In this document: piece after piece, positions 7,470-16,100 of the stretch
Layout: each line of letters opens with the position of its first letter
How positions within the stretch are numbered: position 1 is the first letter of the stretch
Origin: Dehalococcoidia bacterium
GTDB lineage: Bacteria; Chloroflexota; Dehalococcoidia; DSTF01; JACRBR01
Direction: 5' to 3'
Assembly: GCA_040902505.1 (NCBI GenBank)
Contig: JBBDXE010000025.1
Coordinates: 16,221-80,220 of the forward strand
Length of the DNA stretch: 64,000 nt
Notes under the pieces: generated by a model
Told to the model about the DNA's origin: nothing
Seen by the model: the letters and a program-made list of their open reading frames with translations, nothing else
The model's database searches: none
Translations under genes and position numbers: made by a program

Positions 7470-7870
7470 GCGCGCATGGGCGTCGACCTCACCCCCGGCC
7501 TTCGGCCTGGCCTCGCCGAGGCGAGTCTGCGACCTCTCCACACGATGGAGAGGGAGGAGTGGTGGAGGGCGTTCATTGGGGGCCTCCGCGGTCGAGGGAC
7601 TGGAGGTGGCGGAGGATGGTGTTGCGGAGGCGCATCTTGCGGGCGACGTCGAGGGGCGGGGCGCGGCGAACCTCACCCCCGGCCTTCGGCCTGGCCCTCT
7701 CCACATCGTGGAGAGGGAGGAGGGGAGCGGGGCTTTCGTCGAGCGCACCGCCGGCCGGGGGCCCACACCCGATTTCGGCGTCGAGGGACTGGAGGTGGAG
7801 GTAGATGGCGTTGCGGAGGCGCTCTTTGCGGACGGGGTCGAGGGGCGGGCGGCGGCGGGGGGCACGGCGG
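7470..7870. repeat. tandem direct repeat, about 190-bp unit x ~2 copies with internal hairpins
   Basis: Unit acctcacccccggccttcggcctggcc...ctctccaca[ct][cg][ag]tggagagggaggag...tcgagggactggaggtgg.ggaggatggtgttgcggaggcgc.tcttgcgg at about 7476-7665 and 7666-7860. ggccttcggcc and ctctcca/tggagag are hairpin-forming. Spans the 3' end of CDS 7573-8232 and continues beyond its stop. Confidence 0.6.
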
Positions 7871-8232
7871 AGGGGCCGACCGGTGAGGGCGTCGCGGTTG
7901 GAGGCGTGCTCGTAGTCCGCGACGGAATTCTGGTGGCGGTTGGCGGCGTCGTCGCGGGCGGCGTCGTCGAGGGCGGTGGTGATGCGGCGGCGGAAGTTGA
8001 GGGCGACGGGGCGCTCGCCGAGGATGCGGAGGGCGTCGATGACGGTCTCGCGGATGCGGCCGTCGCGGAGGGCGTTGCGGCGGCCGAGGCCGAGGAGGAC
8101 GCTGCGGGCGACGGGGTCCTGCATGAGGGCGTAGATGACGGCGCGGACGCGGGGGGAGTAGCGGCCGGACTTGAGGCCGTTGAGGTTGCCTTTGGGGGCG
8201 CCGGCGCCGGGGCGGGATCCTCCGTGGGGCAT
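7573..8232 (-). CDS. hypothetical protein, paralog A (conserved N-terminus GAGAPKGNLNxLKSGRYSPRVRAV; C-terminus encoded by tandem repeats)
   Basis: N-terminal ~110 aa are homologous to the ORF at 11915-12421; the 5' ends are also similar at the DNA level. The C-terminal half reads through the 190-bp tandem repeat (PLLPLHDVERARPKAGGEV repeated), so the true stop is uncertain. Confidence 0.45.
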   Translation of the reverse strand: MPHGGSRPGAGAPKGNLNGLKSGRYSPRVRAVIYALMQDPVARSVLLGLGRRNALRDGRIRETVIDALRILGERPVALNFRRRITTALDDAARDDAANRHQNSVADYEHASNRDALTGRPLRRAPRRRPPLDPVRKERLRNAIYLHLQSLDAEIGCGPPAGGALDESPAPLLPLHDVERARPKAGGEVRRAPPLDVARKMRLRNTILRHLQSLDRGGPQ

Positions 8233-8237
8233 CGCGA

Positions 8238-8333
8238 GTCTCGCAGTCTGTCAGTCTGCCGGTCTGTCAGTCGGTCAGTCGGTCAGTCGGTCAGTCTGTC
8301 GGGCGGTCAGGCGGTCAGGCGGTCAGGCGGTCA
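8238..8333. repeat. octamer microsatellite (GGTCAG[TG]C)n, about 11 copies, immediately 5' of the start of CDS 7573-8232
   Basis: tctgtcagtctgccggtctgtcagtcggtcagtcggtcagtcggtcagtctgtcgggcggtcaggcggtcaggcggtcaggcggtca. Confidence 0.7.
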
Positions 8334-8571
8334 TAGTGTGGCGGTGTGGCGGGGGAACTCGAAGCGGTGGGTGACACTGGCGGCCGTGAGCGGTGAGCCG
8401 TGAGCCGTGAGCGGCGGGGGCGGGCGCGCGGGTGTGGCGCCTGGGCCCCGCCCCGGACGCAGCTGAAGCCTACGTCCCTACGAGATCCGGCCCGGTCCGG
8501 GAGCCAGCCCTCACCGGCCTCCGCCTACGTCCGACATCCGACTTCCAGCCGCCCTGCCGTATCATCCCGCC

Positions 8572-9381
8572 ATGACCGACGACCTGACCCGCCGCGCCCT
8601 CGCCGTGAACGAGGCCCAGCTCGCGCTCGCCAGCCTCGCCTTCGACACCGACGGCGCCCACTTCGTCCGCAACCCGGACTTCCCCCGCGTGCACGACGCC
8701 AACCACGCGTCGCACGTCACGGCCGCCACCCCCGACGAGATCGACCGCCTCCTCGCGCGCGTCGAGCGGGAGTTCGCCGGCCTCGCGCATCGCGTCTTCC
8801 ACACAGACGCCACCACGCCACCCGCCTTCGAGGCGCGGCTCGCGCTCGAGGGCTACGCGCCCAGTGACACTATCGTGATGCTCCTCGAGGGACCGTTGCG
8901 ATTCTTCCGAGGAAGGACCCCGGCCTGCGACATCCGCCCCGCCGGCGATGAGGCCAGATGGGCCGCGTACGCCGCCCTCCGCCTGCTCGACGGGGACGAG
9001 TACCTGCGCCGCACCGGCCGCAGCCCCGACCCCGCCTTCACCGCCGAGATGACCACCAACCGCCGCCGCATGTCGCCGCCCGTGCGCGTCTGGCTCGCCC
9101 ACGCCGATGGCGCTCCGGTCGGCTACTGCAGCTCGTGGGAGGGGACGGAGGGCGTCGGCCTGGTCGAGGACCTGTTCGTGCACCCCGACGCGCGCCGCCG
9201 CGGGATCGCCACCGCGCTGCTGCACCACTGCGTCGCCGACGCTCGCGCGTCGATGCCGACCGGCGACGGCCCCGTCGTCATCACCGCCGACCCCACCGAT
9301 ACGCCCGGCCGCATCTACGCCAACCTCGGCTGGCGCCCCACCGCCCTCAAGCGCTCCTGGCTGCGCATCGTCGAGCCGTGA
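8572..9381 (+). CDS. GNAT family N-acetyltransferase
   Basis: Motif A VGLVEDLFVHPDARRRGIATALL (acetyl-CoA binding Q/RxxGxG/A) in the C-terminal half of a 269-aa ORF. Confidence 0.8.
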   Translation: MTDDLTRRALAVNEAQLALASLAFDTDGAHFVRNPDFPRVHDANHASHVTAATPDEIDRLLARVEREFAGLAHRVFHTDATTPPAFEARLALEGYAPSDTIVMLLEGPLRFFRGRTPACDIRPAGDEARWAAYAALRLLDGDEYLRRTGRSPDPAFTAEMTTNRRRMSPPVRVWLAHADGAPVGYCSSWEGTEGVGLVEDLFVHPDARRRGIATALLHHCVADARASMPTGDGPVVITADPTDTPGRIYANLGWRPTALKRSWLRIVEP

Positions 9382-9673
9382 GCCCCGAGCCGTAAACGCC
9401 GGGAGGCGGCCATGGGACCCGCGGGGACGCCGCCGGGGACGAGGGGGAACCACAGATTTCACAGATGGCCACAGATTCTCCACCTCCACCACCCCCGGCG
9501 CCGTAGCGACAGGTCTTCAGACCTGTCCGCCTCCACCCGTCGCGTACGCGTACCCCGGAGGCAGCGCGAAGCGCGGGGCATCCGCCCGGGGCGGCTCCCC
9601 GGCCGTGCCTCCGCCCGGGCACACACCACCCCGCGTACGGGGTCCTCTCTGGGCCCAACTGATGCGCTAAGCG

Positions 9674-9867
9674 ATCGTCATCGAGAAGGCGGACGGCAAC
9701 TACTCCGCCTACGTCCCCGACCTCCCCGGCTGCATCGCCACCGGCGCCACCCCTGCGGAGACCGAAGACCAGATCCGCGAGGCCATCCGCTTCCACCTCG
9801 AAGGCCTCCGCGACGACGGCCTCCCCTCCCTCCTCCCACCACTGTCATCGACTACATCGAGCCCTGA
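9674..9867 (+). pseudogene. HicB-family antitoxin remnant (no start codon, internal frameshift)
   Basis: Reads IVIEKADGNYSAYVPDLPGCIATGATPAETEDQIREAIRFHLEGLRDDGLP, the HicB/UPF0150 signature. It then shifts frame in a C-run (ccctccctcctccc) into ...LPPPTTVIDYIEP*. It is preceded by ATG-CGC-TAA only. Confidence 0.55.
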
Positions 9868-9912
9868 CCCCACCCAACTCCCGGCCTCCGCCCTCTATCA
9901 GCCCATGTCCAA

Positions 9913-9995
9913 CACCCCCGGCCACATCTACGCCCACCTAGGCTGGCGGCCCGCCGCCAGCAACGTTCCTGGCTCGGCCCGGCGTTGGTCCGTAG
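9913..9995 (+). repeat. duplicated 3' fragment of the GNAT gene (direct repeat of 9301-9381)
   Basis: acccccggccacatctacgcccacctaggctggcggcccgccgcc compared with acgcccggccgcatctacgccaacctcggctggcgccccaccgcc. Encodes GHIYAHLGWRPAA versus GRIYANLGWRPTA. Confidence 0.5.
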
Positions 9996-10088
9996 CATCA
10001 CACCCGCGTCCGCCTGGGGCTGTATCGGCGTGCCGGCGAGGGCCTGTACACTGGCCTTAAGCGCGTCGCAGGCCGAGGCATCGTCGGT

Positions 10089-11820
10089 GTGGATCGCCAT
10101 GGCGTCGGTGTGAATGAGGATGGACATGTGACGACCGAGCAAGGCAGTGCGACGCTGGCGCAGTCAGCCCTGGCCCTTATCGTCCTGACCCTGGTCTTTG
10201 TGTCAGGCATTGGACTTCTCGCGTTTGCATCTTTTGTTGCATTCCGAGATGGCTTCGCTAACGCCCTCGTTGTTCTGTATATGCTCGGCATACTTTGTCT
10301 CGCTGGCACGCTCGTTGCCCTAAACATGGTCGGCTCTCTGACAGTGAAGCACAATGATACCGAGGTCAAACTCGAACAACCTCGGCCGCGGCCCGCGTCA
10401 TCAAACCCAAACGTTGAGGCAGCCCCCGGCACTGCTGAACCTGAAAGAAGGAGGGACGATTCCGCCAGCGAGGCTGCCACGGCAGCTGCTCCAACAGATG
10501 GCGGCAAGAGCTTGTTCTCCGAAGCAATCGACGCGTGGGCAAATCATGACTATGCGTCATTCGACCTGAAGATGATCGCCTACATAGAACAGCAGCAGGA
10601 GGGAGATAAGGCTACGTTCGACGCCTTTCGGCTGTCTTGGCTGTATGAGGCCGGCCAAGGACGCCGACTCCAAGAATTGCATGCCCTCCGCAGGGACAAT
10701 CCCTCTGCTCCCGCGGTTCTGCTTCGACTCGCCGAGGCCTACATGTTTACTGATCAGCCAAAGGTCGCCCTAGATCTCTACGAGCAGGGCGCCGCCCTTT
10801 CAGGCCTCTCTGTGGATCATCGCCGTGAAATTCTGACCGGCCAAGTTCGCGCGCGGATCAAACTTAAGGAATACGAGGCGTCTGAAGGACGCCTGAGGGT
10901 TGCTGAGTTGGAAGACCCAGCACCCCAGTGGCAACACTCCATCCACAAACTGTTCGCCGAGGTCTACGACGCTTGGGATGATCAAGTGCGTAAGCATTGG
11001 CATCTTGAGCAGGCGGGTGGAGGCGAATCCCGGCGACCTCTCTACACGGTTCGACCTGGCCTACAGCTATGGACGTTCCGGCGACAGCCTCTTGTCTCTG
11101 TACCACTACGAGATCTTACGCCGCCAACGCGCTTACGCCATGGAGATAAATAATCTCGGCGTTGCTCTCCAACAGATGGACATGCCAATAACCGCGGCCT
11201 TCTACTACAAGGAAGCGATTGACAAAGGGAACACGTTGTCTTCGGCGAACCTCGCTCGGGTCATGCTCAAGAGTGGCCTCGTGGTCGAAGCGAAACAAGT
11301 GTTGGACGCGGCGCTCTCCCTCAAGGACAGCGAGGGTGAAGCCGTCGAAGTCGATGACAACGTTCATGAAGCACACGCTGTAATCACGCGGGCTGAGGAG
11401 GAAGAGCGCGAGAGGATGATACGAATTGTTGAGGCCAGCCGCCTAGAGCGGCAACTCTTTCTTGCATCGATGGAGAAAGATCAAGTCGCAACAACCATTC
11501 TTCGAGACGACGAGTTCTTGGGTGAGTGGGACACGAACTTTGGCAAGCTAACATTTGCCAAGGAAGGACCCGATTACTCGGCAGCCTTCAAGACGGACGA
11601 CCTTTGGGATTGGTCGCTCAGTGGTGGAATCGATCGCAAAAGGAGAACCTTTACGTTCCGATGGAGCACCAACAAGCACGACTACCGCCGTCCCGATAAC
11701 GACGAAGGCACTGGCTACTTCGTGTTCCGCGAGAACACGTTCGAGGGCTTCCTTCGGAACAGGCCTGACAAGGGAGAAGTCATGGCCGTTACGGGCCGCC
11801 ACCCCTCAGACACCCCCTAA
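10089..11820 (+). pseudogene. membrane-anchored TPR-repeat protein, apparently frameshifted near 11000-11020 (two overlapping ORFs 10089-11153 and 10900-11820)
   Basis: GTG start. Two N-terminal TM helices (LALIVLTLVFVSGIGLLAFASFVAF; LVVLYMLGILCLAGTLVAL), then TPR-like helices (LLRLAEAYMFTDQPKVALDLYEQ). The +1-frame ORF continues with further TPR-like repeats (DLAYSYGRSGDSLLSLYHYEI; NNLGVALQQMDMPITAAFYYKEAIDKGN). AT-richer than surroundings. Confidence 0.5.
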
Positions 11821-11914
11821 TCGGCGGAGTGACACAACCCGATAAGAGATCCGCCCCCGCCTCCTCCACGATCCCTCCAGGCTGACCCGCTGACAGACTG
11901 ACAGGCTCACACCA

Positions 11915-12421
11915 ATGCCAAGAGGAGGCCGCCGCCCCGGAGCCGGAGCCCCGAAGGGCAACCTCAACGCCCTCAAGTCCGGGCGCTACTCCCCGCGCGT
12001 CCGCGCCGTCCTCTACGCTCTCGTCGATGACCCCACCACCCGCTCCGTCCTCCTCCAGGTGGGCCTCCGCGGCGCCGCCCCCCGCGGCCGCCTGCGTGAC
12101 ACCATCACCGACACCATCCGCCTCCTCCACGACCGCCCCGTCTCCGACGAGTTCCGGGCCCGCGTCCGCGCCCTCCTCGGCCGCGACGACGACGCCCGGA
12201 TCGCCCGCCGCGTCCAGAGCGCCATGGACAGCTACCGCAAAGGGACCGGTCAGAGCGCCCTCGCCGAAGGTCCCCTCCGCCGGGGCACCACGCCCGCGGT
12301 AAAGCCGCCGCGCCCGCCGCGCGTCCGCTACCGTCCCGTCCTCCCCCCCGGGCCGCATCTTCTGGGTGGACCTGGAGGAGCCGCCGGAAGCCTCCACCAC
12401 CCCGCCCGAAGCGTGAGGTGA
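11915..12421 (+). CDS. hypothetical protein, paralog B (N-terminus GAGAPKGNLNALKSGRYSPRVRAVLYAL)
   Basis: 168-aa ORF. N-terminal ~110 aa are homologous to paralog A (7573-8232, opposite strand). C-terminus is Pro/Arg-rich. Confidence 0.45.
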   Translation: MPRGGRRPGAGAPKGNLNALKSGRYSPRVRAVLYALVDDPTTRSVLLQVGLRGAAPRGRLRDTITDTIRLLHDRPVSDEFRARVRALLGRDDDARIARRVQSAMDSYRKGTGQSALAEGPLRRGTTPAVKPPRPPRVRYRPVLPPGPHLLGGPGGAAGSLHHPARSVR

Positions 12422-12490
12422 TGCACATGCGCTTCAAGACAATCGGTCCGGCTGCGCATATTGCGGAACCTCAGACCCCCCGAAACGCCC

Positions 12491-12523
12491 CGTTTTTTTC
12501 GAAAGACAATCCCGCAATCAAAG
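12491..12523 (+). promoter_or_regulatory. conserved upstream element cgtttttt.cg..aga.aatcccgcaatcaaa (copy 1, upstream of argC)
   Basis: About 50 nt similar to 56465-56513 upstream of tsaB. Contains a small hairpin aaacg-ccc-cgttt followed by a T-run. Not in a shared reading frame. Confidence 0.3.
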
Positions 12524-12612
12524 CCTCCGGCCTCCCCGCCCCGGGCATGCGCGGTCATCTGTGTAATCTGTGGATGGGCGCGGCTATACTGGCGGTTTCC
12601 GAGAGGGGCGCA

Positions 12613-13631
12613 TGGTGACGACGGTCGGGATTCTGAACGTCACGGGGTACGCGGGGAGCGAGCTGGCGCGGCTGGTGCACGGGCATCCGGGGGTGCGGCT
12701 GGCGGGGGTGACGGGGCGGTCGGCGGCGGGGAAGCGGCTGGGGGAGGTGTTCCCGCACCTCTGGGCGCTGGACCTGCCGATCGTGGAGGAGCTGCCGGCG
12801 GTGGACGTGGTGCTCTCGACGCTGCCCCACGCGGCGGCGGCGGCGCAGCTGGTCCCGTACATCGAGGCGGGGGTGCCCGTCATCGACCTGAGCGCCGACT
12901 TCCGGCTGAAGCGCGTCGAGGCGTACGAGGCGGCCTACCAGACGACGCATCCGGCGGCGGGGCTGCTGGGGCGGGCGGTGTACGGGCTGCCGGAGCTGCA
13001 CCGGGGGGAGATCCCGCCGGCGAAGCTCGTCGCGGCGCCGGGGTGCCACGCGGCGGGGGTGATCCTGGCGCTTGCGCCGGCGATCGCGCGGGGGCTGATC
13101 GAGCCGGAGGTGATCGCCGACACGAAGACAGGGCTGTCGGGGGCGGGGCGGACGCTGGGGCTGAGCGTGCACTTCTCGGAGGCGGACGAGTCGGTGGCGC
13201 CGTACGGGCTGGAGGGGCACCGGCATCACCCGGAGATGGTGCAGGAGCTGTCGCTGCTGGCGGAGGCGCCGGCGCCCTCGATCACGTTCGTGCCGCACTA
13301 TGTGCCGATGACACGCGGCATCCTCTCGACGTGCTACGGGACGCTGCGGCGGCCGATGACGCGGGAGCAGCTGCGGGAGGCGTATCGCGAGTTCTACGCC
13401 GATGCGCCGTTCGTGCACGTCGCGGACGCGCCGCCATCGACGAAGCACGTGGCGGGGACGAACTACTGCATCGTGCACCCGACGATCGACCAGACGACGG
13501 GGCGGGCGGTGCTGGTGAGCGCGCTCGACAATCTGGGGAAGGGTGCGGCGGGGGCGATGGTGCAGTGCCTGAACCTGATGCTGGGGCTGCCGGAAGACAC
13601 GGGGCTGCAGCAGCTCGGGATGTTCCCGTAG
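12613..13631 (+). CDS. argC: N-acetyl-gamma-glutamyl-phosphate reductase
   Basis: MVTTVGILNVTGYAGSELARLV start, catalytic Cys region AAPGCHAAGVILALAP, C-terminal NLGKGAAGAMVQCLNLMLG. First gene of the argC-argJ-argB operon. Confidence 0.9.
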
Positions 13632-14861
13632 GTGGCGAAGGCGCGCCCGGGCGGCGCGGTCAGGCTCATCGACGGGGGGAGCGTCACCAGCCCGCAGGGG
13701 TTCGTCGCCGGGGGCGTGTACGCGGGCATCAAGGCGGCGGGCAAAGGCAAGCTGGACCTGGGCATCCTGGCGTCGGAGCGGCCGGCGGCCTGCGCGGCGA
13801 TGTTCACGCGGAGCACGGTCAAGGGCTTTGGGGTGCTGGTGTCGGCGATGCACGCGCGGAGGGGCGCGGCGCGGGCGGTGATCGTGAACTCCGGGTGCTC
13901 GAACGTGGCGACGGGGCGGCAGGGGATGCTGGACGCGCTGGAGATGGCGGAGCTGGCAGCGGCGCGGCTGGGCATCGCGGGGGCGGAGGTGCTGGTGGGG
14001 AGCACCGGCGTCATCGGGAGGCCGCTGCCGATGCCGCTCATCCGGGACGGGGCGCCGCGCATCAAGCTGGGGGCGGACGGGGGGGCGGCGTTCGCGCGGG
14101 CGATCATCACGACGGACACCTACGCGAAGACGCTGGCGGTGCGCTTCCGGGCGGGCGGGCGGGAGTATCGCATCGGGGCGGCGGCGAAGGGGTCGGGGAT
14201 GATCCATCCGGACATGGCGACGATGTTCTGCTTCCTGACGACTGACGCGCCGGTGGAGCTGGCGTTCCTGCGGCGGACGCTCCGGGAGGCCGTCGGCGAC
14301 TCGCTGAACATGATCAGCGTGGACAACGACACGAGCACCAGCGATACGGTGGCGATCTTCGCGAACGGGGCGGCGGGAGGCGCGGCGATCTACGCGGGGT
14401 CGCCGGGGGCGGCGGCGTTCGCCTCGGCGCTGCCGGATGTGTGCGTGCGCGTCGCGAAGCTGCTGGCACGGGACGGCGAGGGGGCGAAGAAGCTCATCGA
14501 GGCGCGGGTAGAGGGGGCGGGGAGCGCGGGGGAGGCGCGGGCGGCGGCGCGTACGATCACGGCGTCGCCGCTGGTGAAGACGGCGGTGCACGGCAACGAC
14601 CCGAACTGGGGGCGGCTGCTTATGGCGGTGGGGCGGAGCGGGGCGGGCATCGACCTGGAGCGGGCGCGGGCGTGGATCGGGCCGACGATGGTGTATCGGG
14701 GGGAGCCGGTGCGCTTCGACGAGCGGGCGGTGAGCCGGTACCTGCGGGGGGAGGAGGTGGTGCTGCGGGTGGATCTGGGGCGTGGCTTCGACAGCGCGAC
14801 GGCGTGGGGGTGTGACATGACGCCGGAGTACGTGCACATCAATGCGGACTATCGGACGTGA
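13632..14861 (+). CDS. argJ: bifunctional glutamate N-acetyltransferase / amino-acid acetyltransferase
   Basis: GTG start 1 nt after the argC stop. GFVAGGVYAGIKAAGKG, the autoprocessing region ATMFCFLTTDAPV (ATML-type Thr) and a HGNDPNWGR motif. Confidence 0.9.
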   Translation: MAKARPGGAVRLIDGGSVTSPQGFVAGGVYAGIKAAGKGKLDLGILASERPAACAAMFTRSTVKGFGVLVSAMHARRGAARAVIVNSGCSNVATGRQGMLDALEMAELAAARLGIAGAEVLVGSTGVIGRPLPMPLIRDGAPRIKLGADGGAAFARAIITTDTYAKTLAVRFRAGGREYRIGAAAKGSGMIHPDMATMFCFLTTDAPVELAFLRRTLREAVGDSLNMISVDNDTSTSDTVAIFANGAAGGAAIYAGSPGAAAFASALPDVCVRVAKLLARDGEGAKKLIEARVEGAGSAGEARAAARTITASPLVKTAVHGNDPNWGRLLMAVGRSGAGIDLERARAWIGPTMVYRGEPVRFDERAVSRYLRGEEVVLRVDLGRGFDSATAWGCDMTPEYVHINADYRT

Positions 14862-14906
14862 GCGGGGAGTGGTGAGTTCTGAGCCTTGAGCCGTGAGCAG
14901 GCTGGG

Positions 14907-15686
14907 ATGAGCGAACGTCCTATCGTGGTGAAGGTGGGGGGGTCGACGCTGGGCGCGCACGACACGTCGCTGCGGGATATCGCGGGGGCGCGGCGCGCGG
15001 GACGGGCGGTGGTGGTGGTGCACGGGGGAGGGGCGACGGTCAGCGCGTGGCTGGAGCGGATGGGGATGACGGCGACGTTCGTGCGGGGGCTGCGGGTCAC
15101 GGACGCGGCGACACTCGACGTGGTGGTGGCGGTGCTGGCGGGGCTGGTGAATACGCAGCTGGTGGCGGAGCTGGGGGCGCTGGGCGCGCCGGCAGTCGGG
15201 CTGAGCGGCGCCGATGGGATGATGCTGCAGGCGCACCGCTTCGACGAGGAGCTGGGGTTCGTGGGGCGGATCCACGCCGTCAACGCGCGGCCGGTCGAAG
15301 AGCTGCTGCGGCTGGGACAGCTGCCGCTGATCGCGCCGATCGCGGTGGCGACGGACGCGGCGGGCGGGCAGTTGCTGAACACGAACGCGGATACGGCGGC
15401 GGGGGAGCTGGCGGCGGCACTGCACGCGGAGCAGCTGGTGTTCCTGACGGACGTCGAGGGGGTGCTGGACGAGGAGAAGCGGGTGCTGCCGCGTCTGACG
15501 GCGGCGCAGGCGGGGGAGCTGGTGGCGTCGGGCGTGGCGAGTGGCGGGATGGTCCCGAAGCTCGAGGCGGCGGTGCGGGCAGCGTCATCCGGGTGCGCGA
15601 CGCGCATCGTCGACGGGACGGCGGAGGGGGCGCTGGCGCGGGTGCTGCGCGGGGAGGCGGTGGGGACGACGGTGGCGGCGGGGTGA
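14907..15686 (+). CDS. argB: acetylglutamate kinase
   Basis: IVVKVGGSTL...VVVVHGGG...NTNADTAAGELAAAL...GGMVPKLEAA, the amino-acid kinase family signature. Confidence 0.9.
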   Translation: MSERPIVVKVGGSTLGAHDTSLRDIAGARRAGRAVVVVHGGGATVSAWLERMGMTATFVRGLRVTDAATLDVVVAVLAGLVNTQLVAELGALGAPAVGLSGADGMMLQAHRFDEELGFVGRIHAVNARPVEELLRLGQLPLIAPIAVATDAAGGQLLNTNADTAAGELAAALHAEQLVFLTDVEGVLDEEKRVLPRLTAAQAGELVASGVASGGMVPKLEAAVRAASSGCATRIVDGTAEGALARVLRGEAVGTTVAAG

Positions 15687-15737
15687 TCCGCAACCCTTTT
15701 TCTATTGCACGCTCGACAGCGCCGATGCAGTTTCTGG

Positions 15738-16100
15738 CTAGTTACGGGTGATGATCCATGTCTTGTCATCCTCCTCTGTCACGACGAGATCATGGGCCCG
15801 CGCCACGGCCACGAATTTCTCAGACAGACGTGTGGGAAGGTTCATGAAGACGAGACGCATGCCCTTGCCTTCATCTCGAGCCGTGATCTCGGTCACGACG
15901 TGGAGCGCCTCATCTATGAACGAGGGCGTGATCGCCTCGATGTTCGAGAAGTCCAGGTCGATTTCCACGCCAGCTGCGCTTGTCTCAAGCGCACGGTCGA
16001 GCACATGTTGAACCTTGCGTGCCGATTCTCTTGTCACGAGCACGCGCCTGCCCAACAACTCGAAAAGACCTATGCTGACAGCGTTCACGTCAGATCTCAT
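15738..16100 (-). CDS. STAS-like (DUF4325-type) domain protein
   Basis: 120 aa: ...VEIDLDFSNIEAITPSFIDEALHVVTE... The anti-sigma-antagonist-like pattern. AT-richer islet. Overlaps the upstream GHKL gene by 4 nt. Confidence 0.6.
   Translation of the reverse strand: MRSDVNAVSIGLFELLGRRVLVTRESARKVQHVLDRALETSAAGVEIDLDFSNIEAITPSFIDEALHVVTEITARDEGKGMRLVFMNLPTRLSEKFVAVARAHDLVVTEEDDKTWIITRN

Noticed and set aside
8238-8333. Possible CRISPR array
   Set aside because: The repeat unit is only 8 nt with no spacers, so it is a microsatellite and not a CRISPR array. No cas genes in the window.
12418-12618. 66-aa ORF upstream of argC as a possible leader peptide
   Set aside because: No Arg-codon run or attenuator logic. 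The region is better explained by the shared non-coding upstream element.
12555-15425. 956-aa ORF on the minus strand opposite argC-argJ-argB
   Set aside because: Arg/Pro/His-rich low-complexity translation with no motifs. It lies antisense to three strongly conserved genes. Long stop-free antisense frames are expected at about 70% GC.
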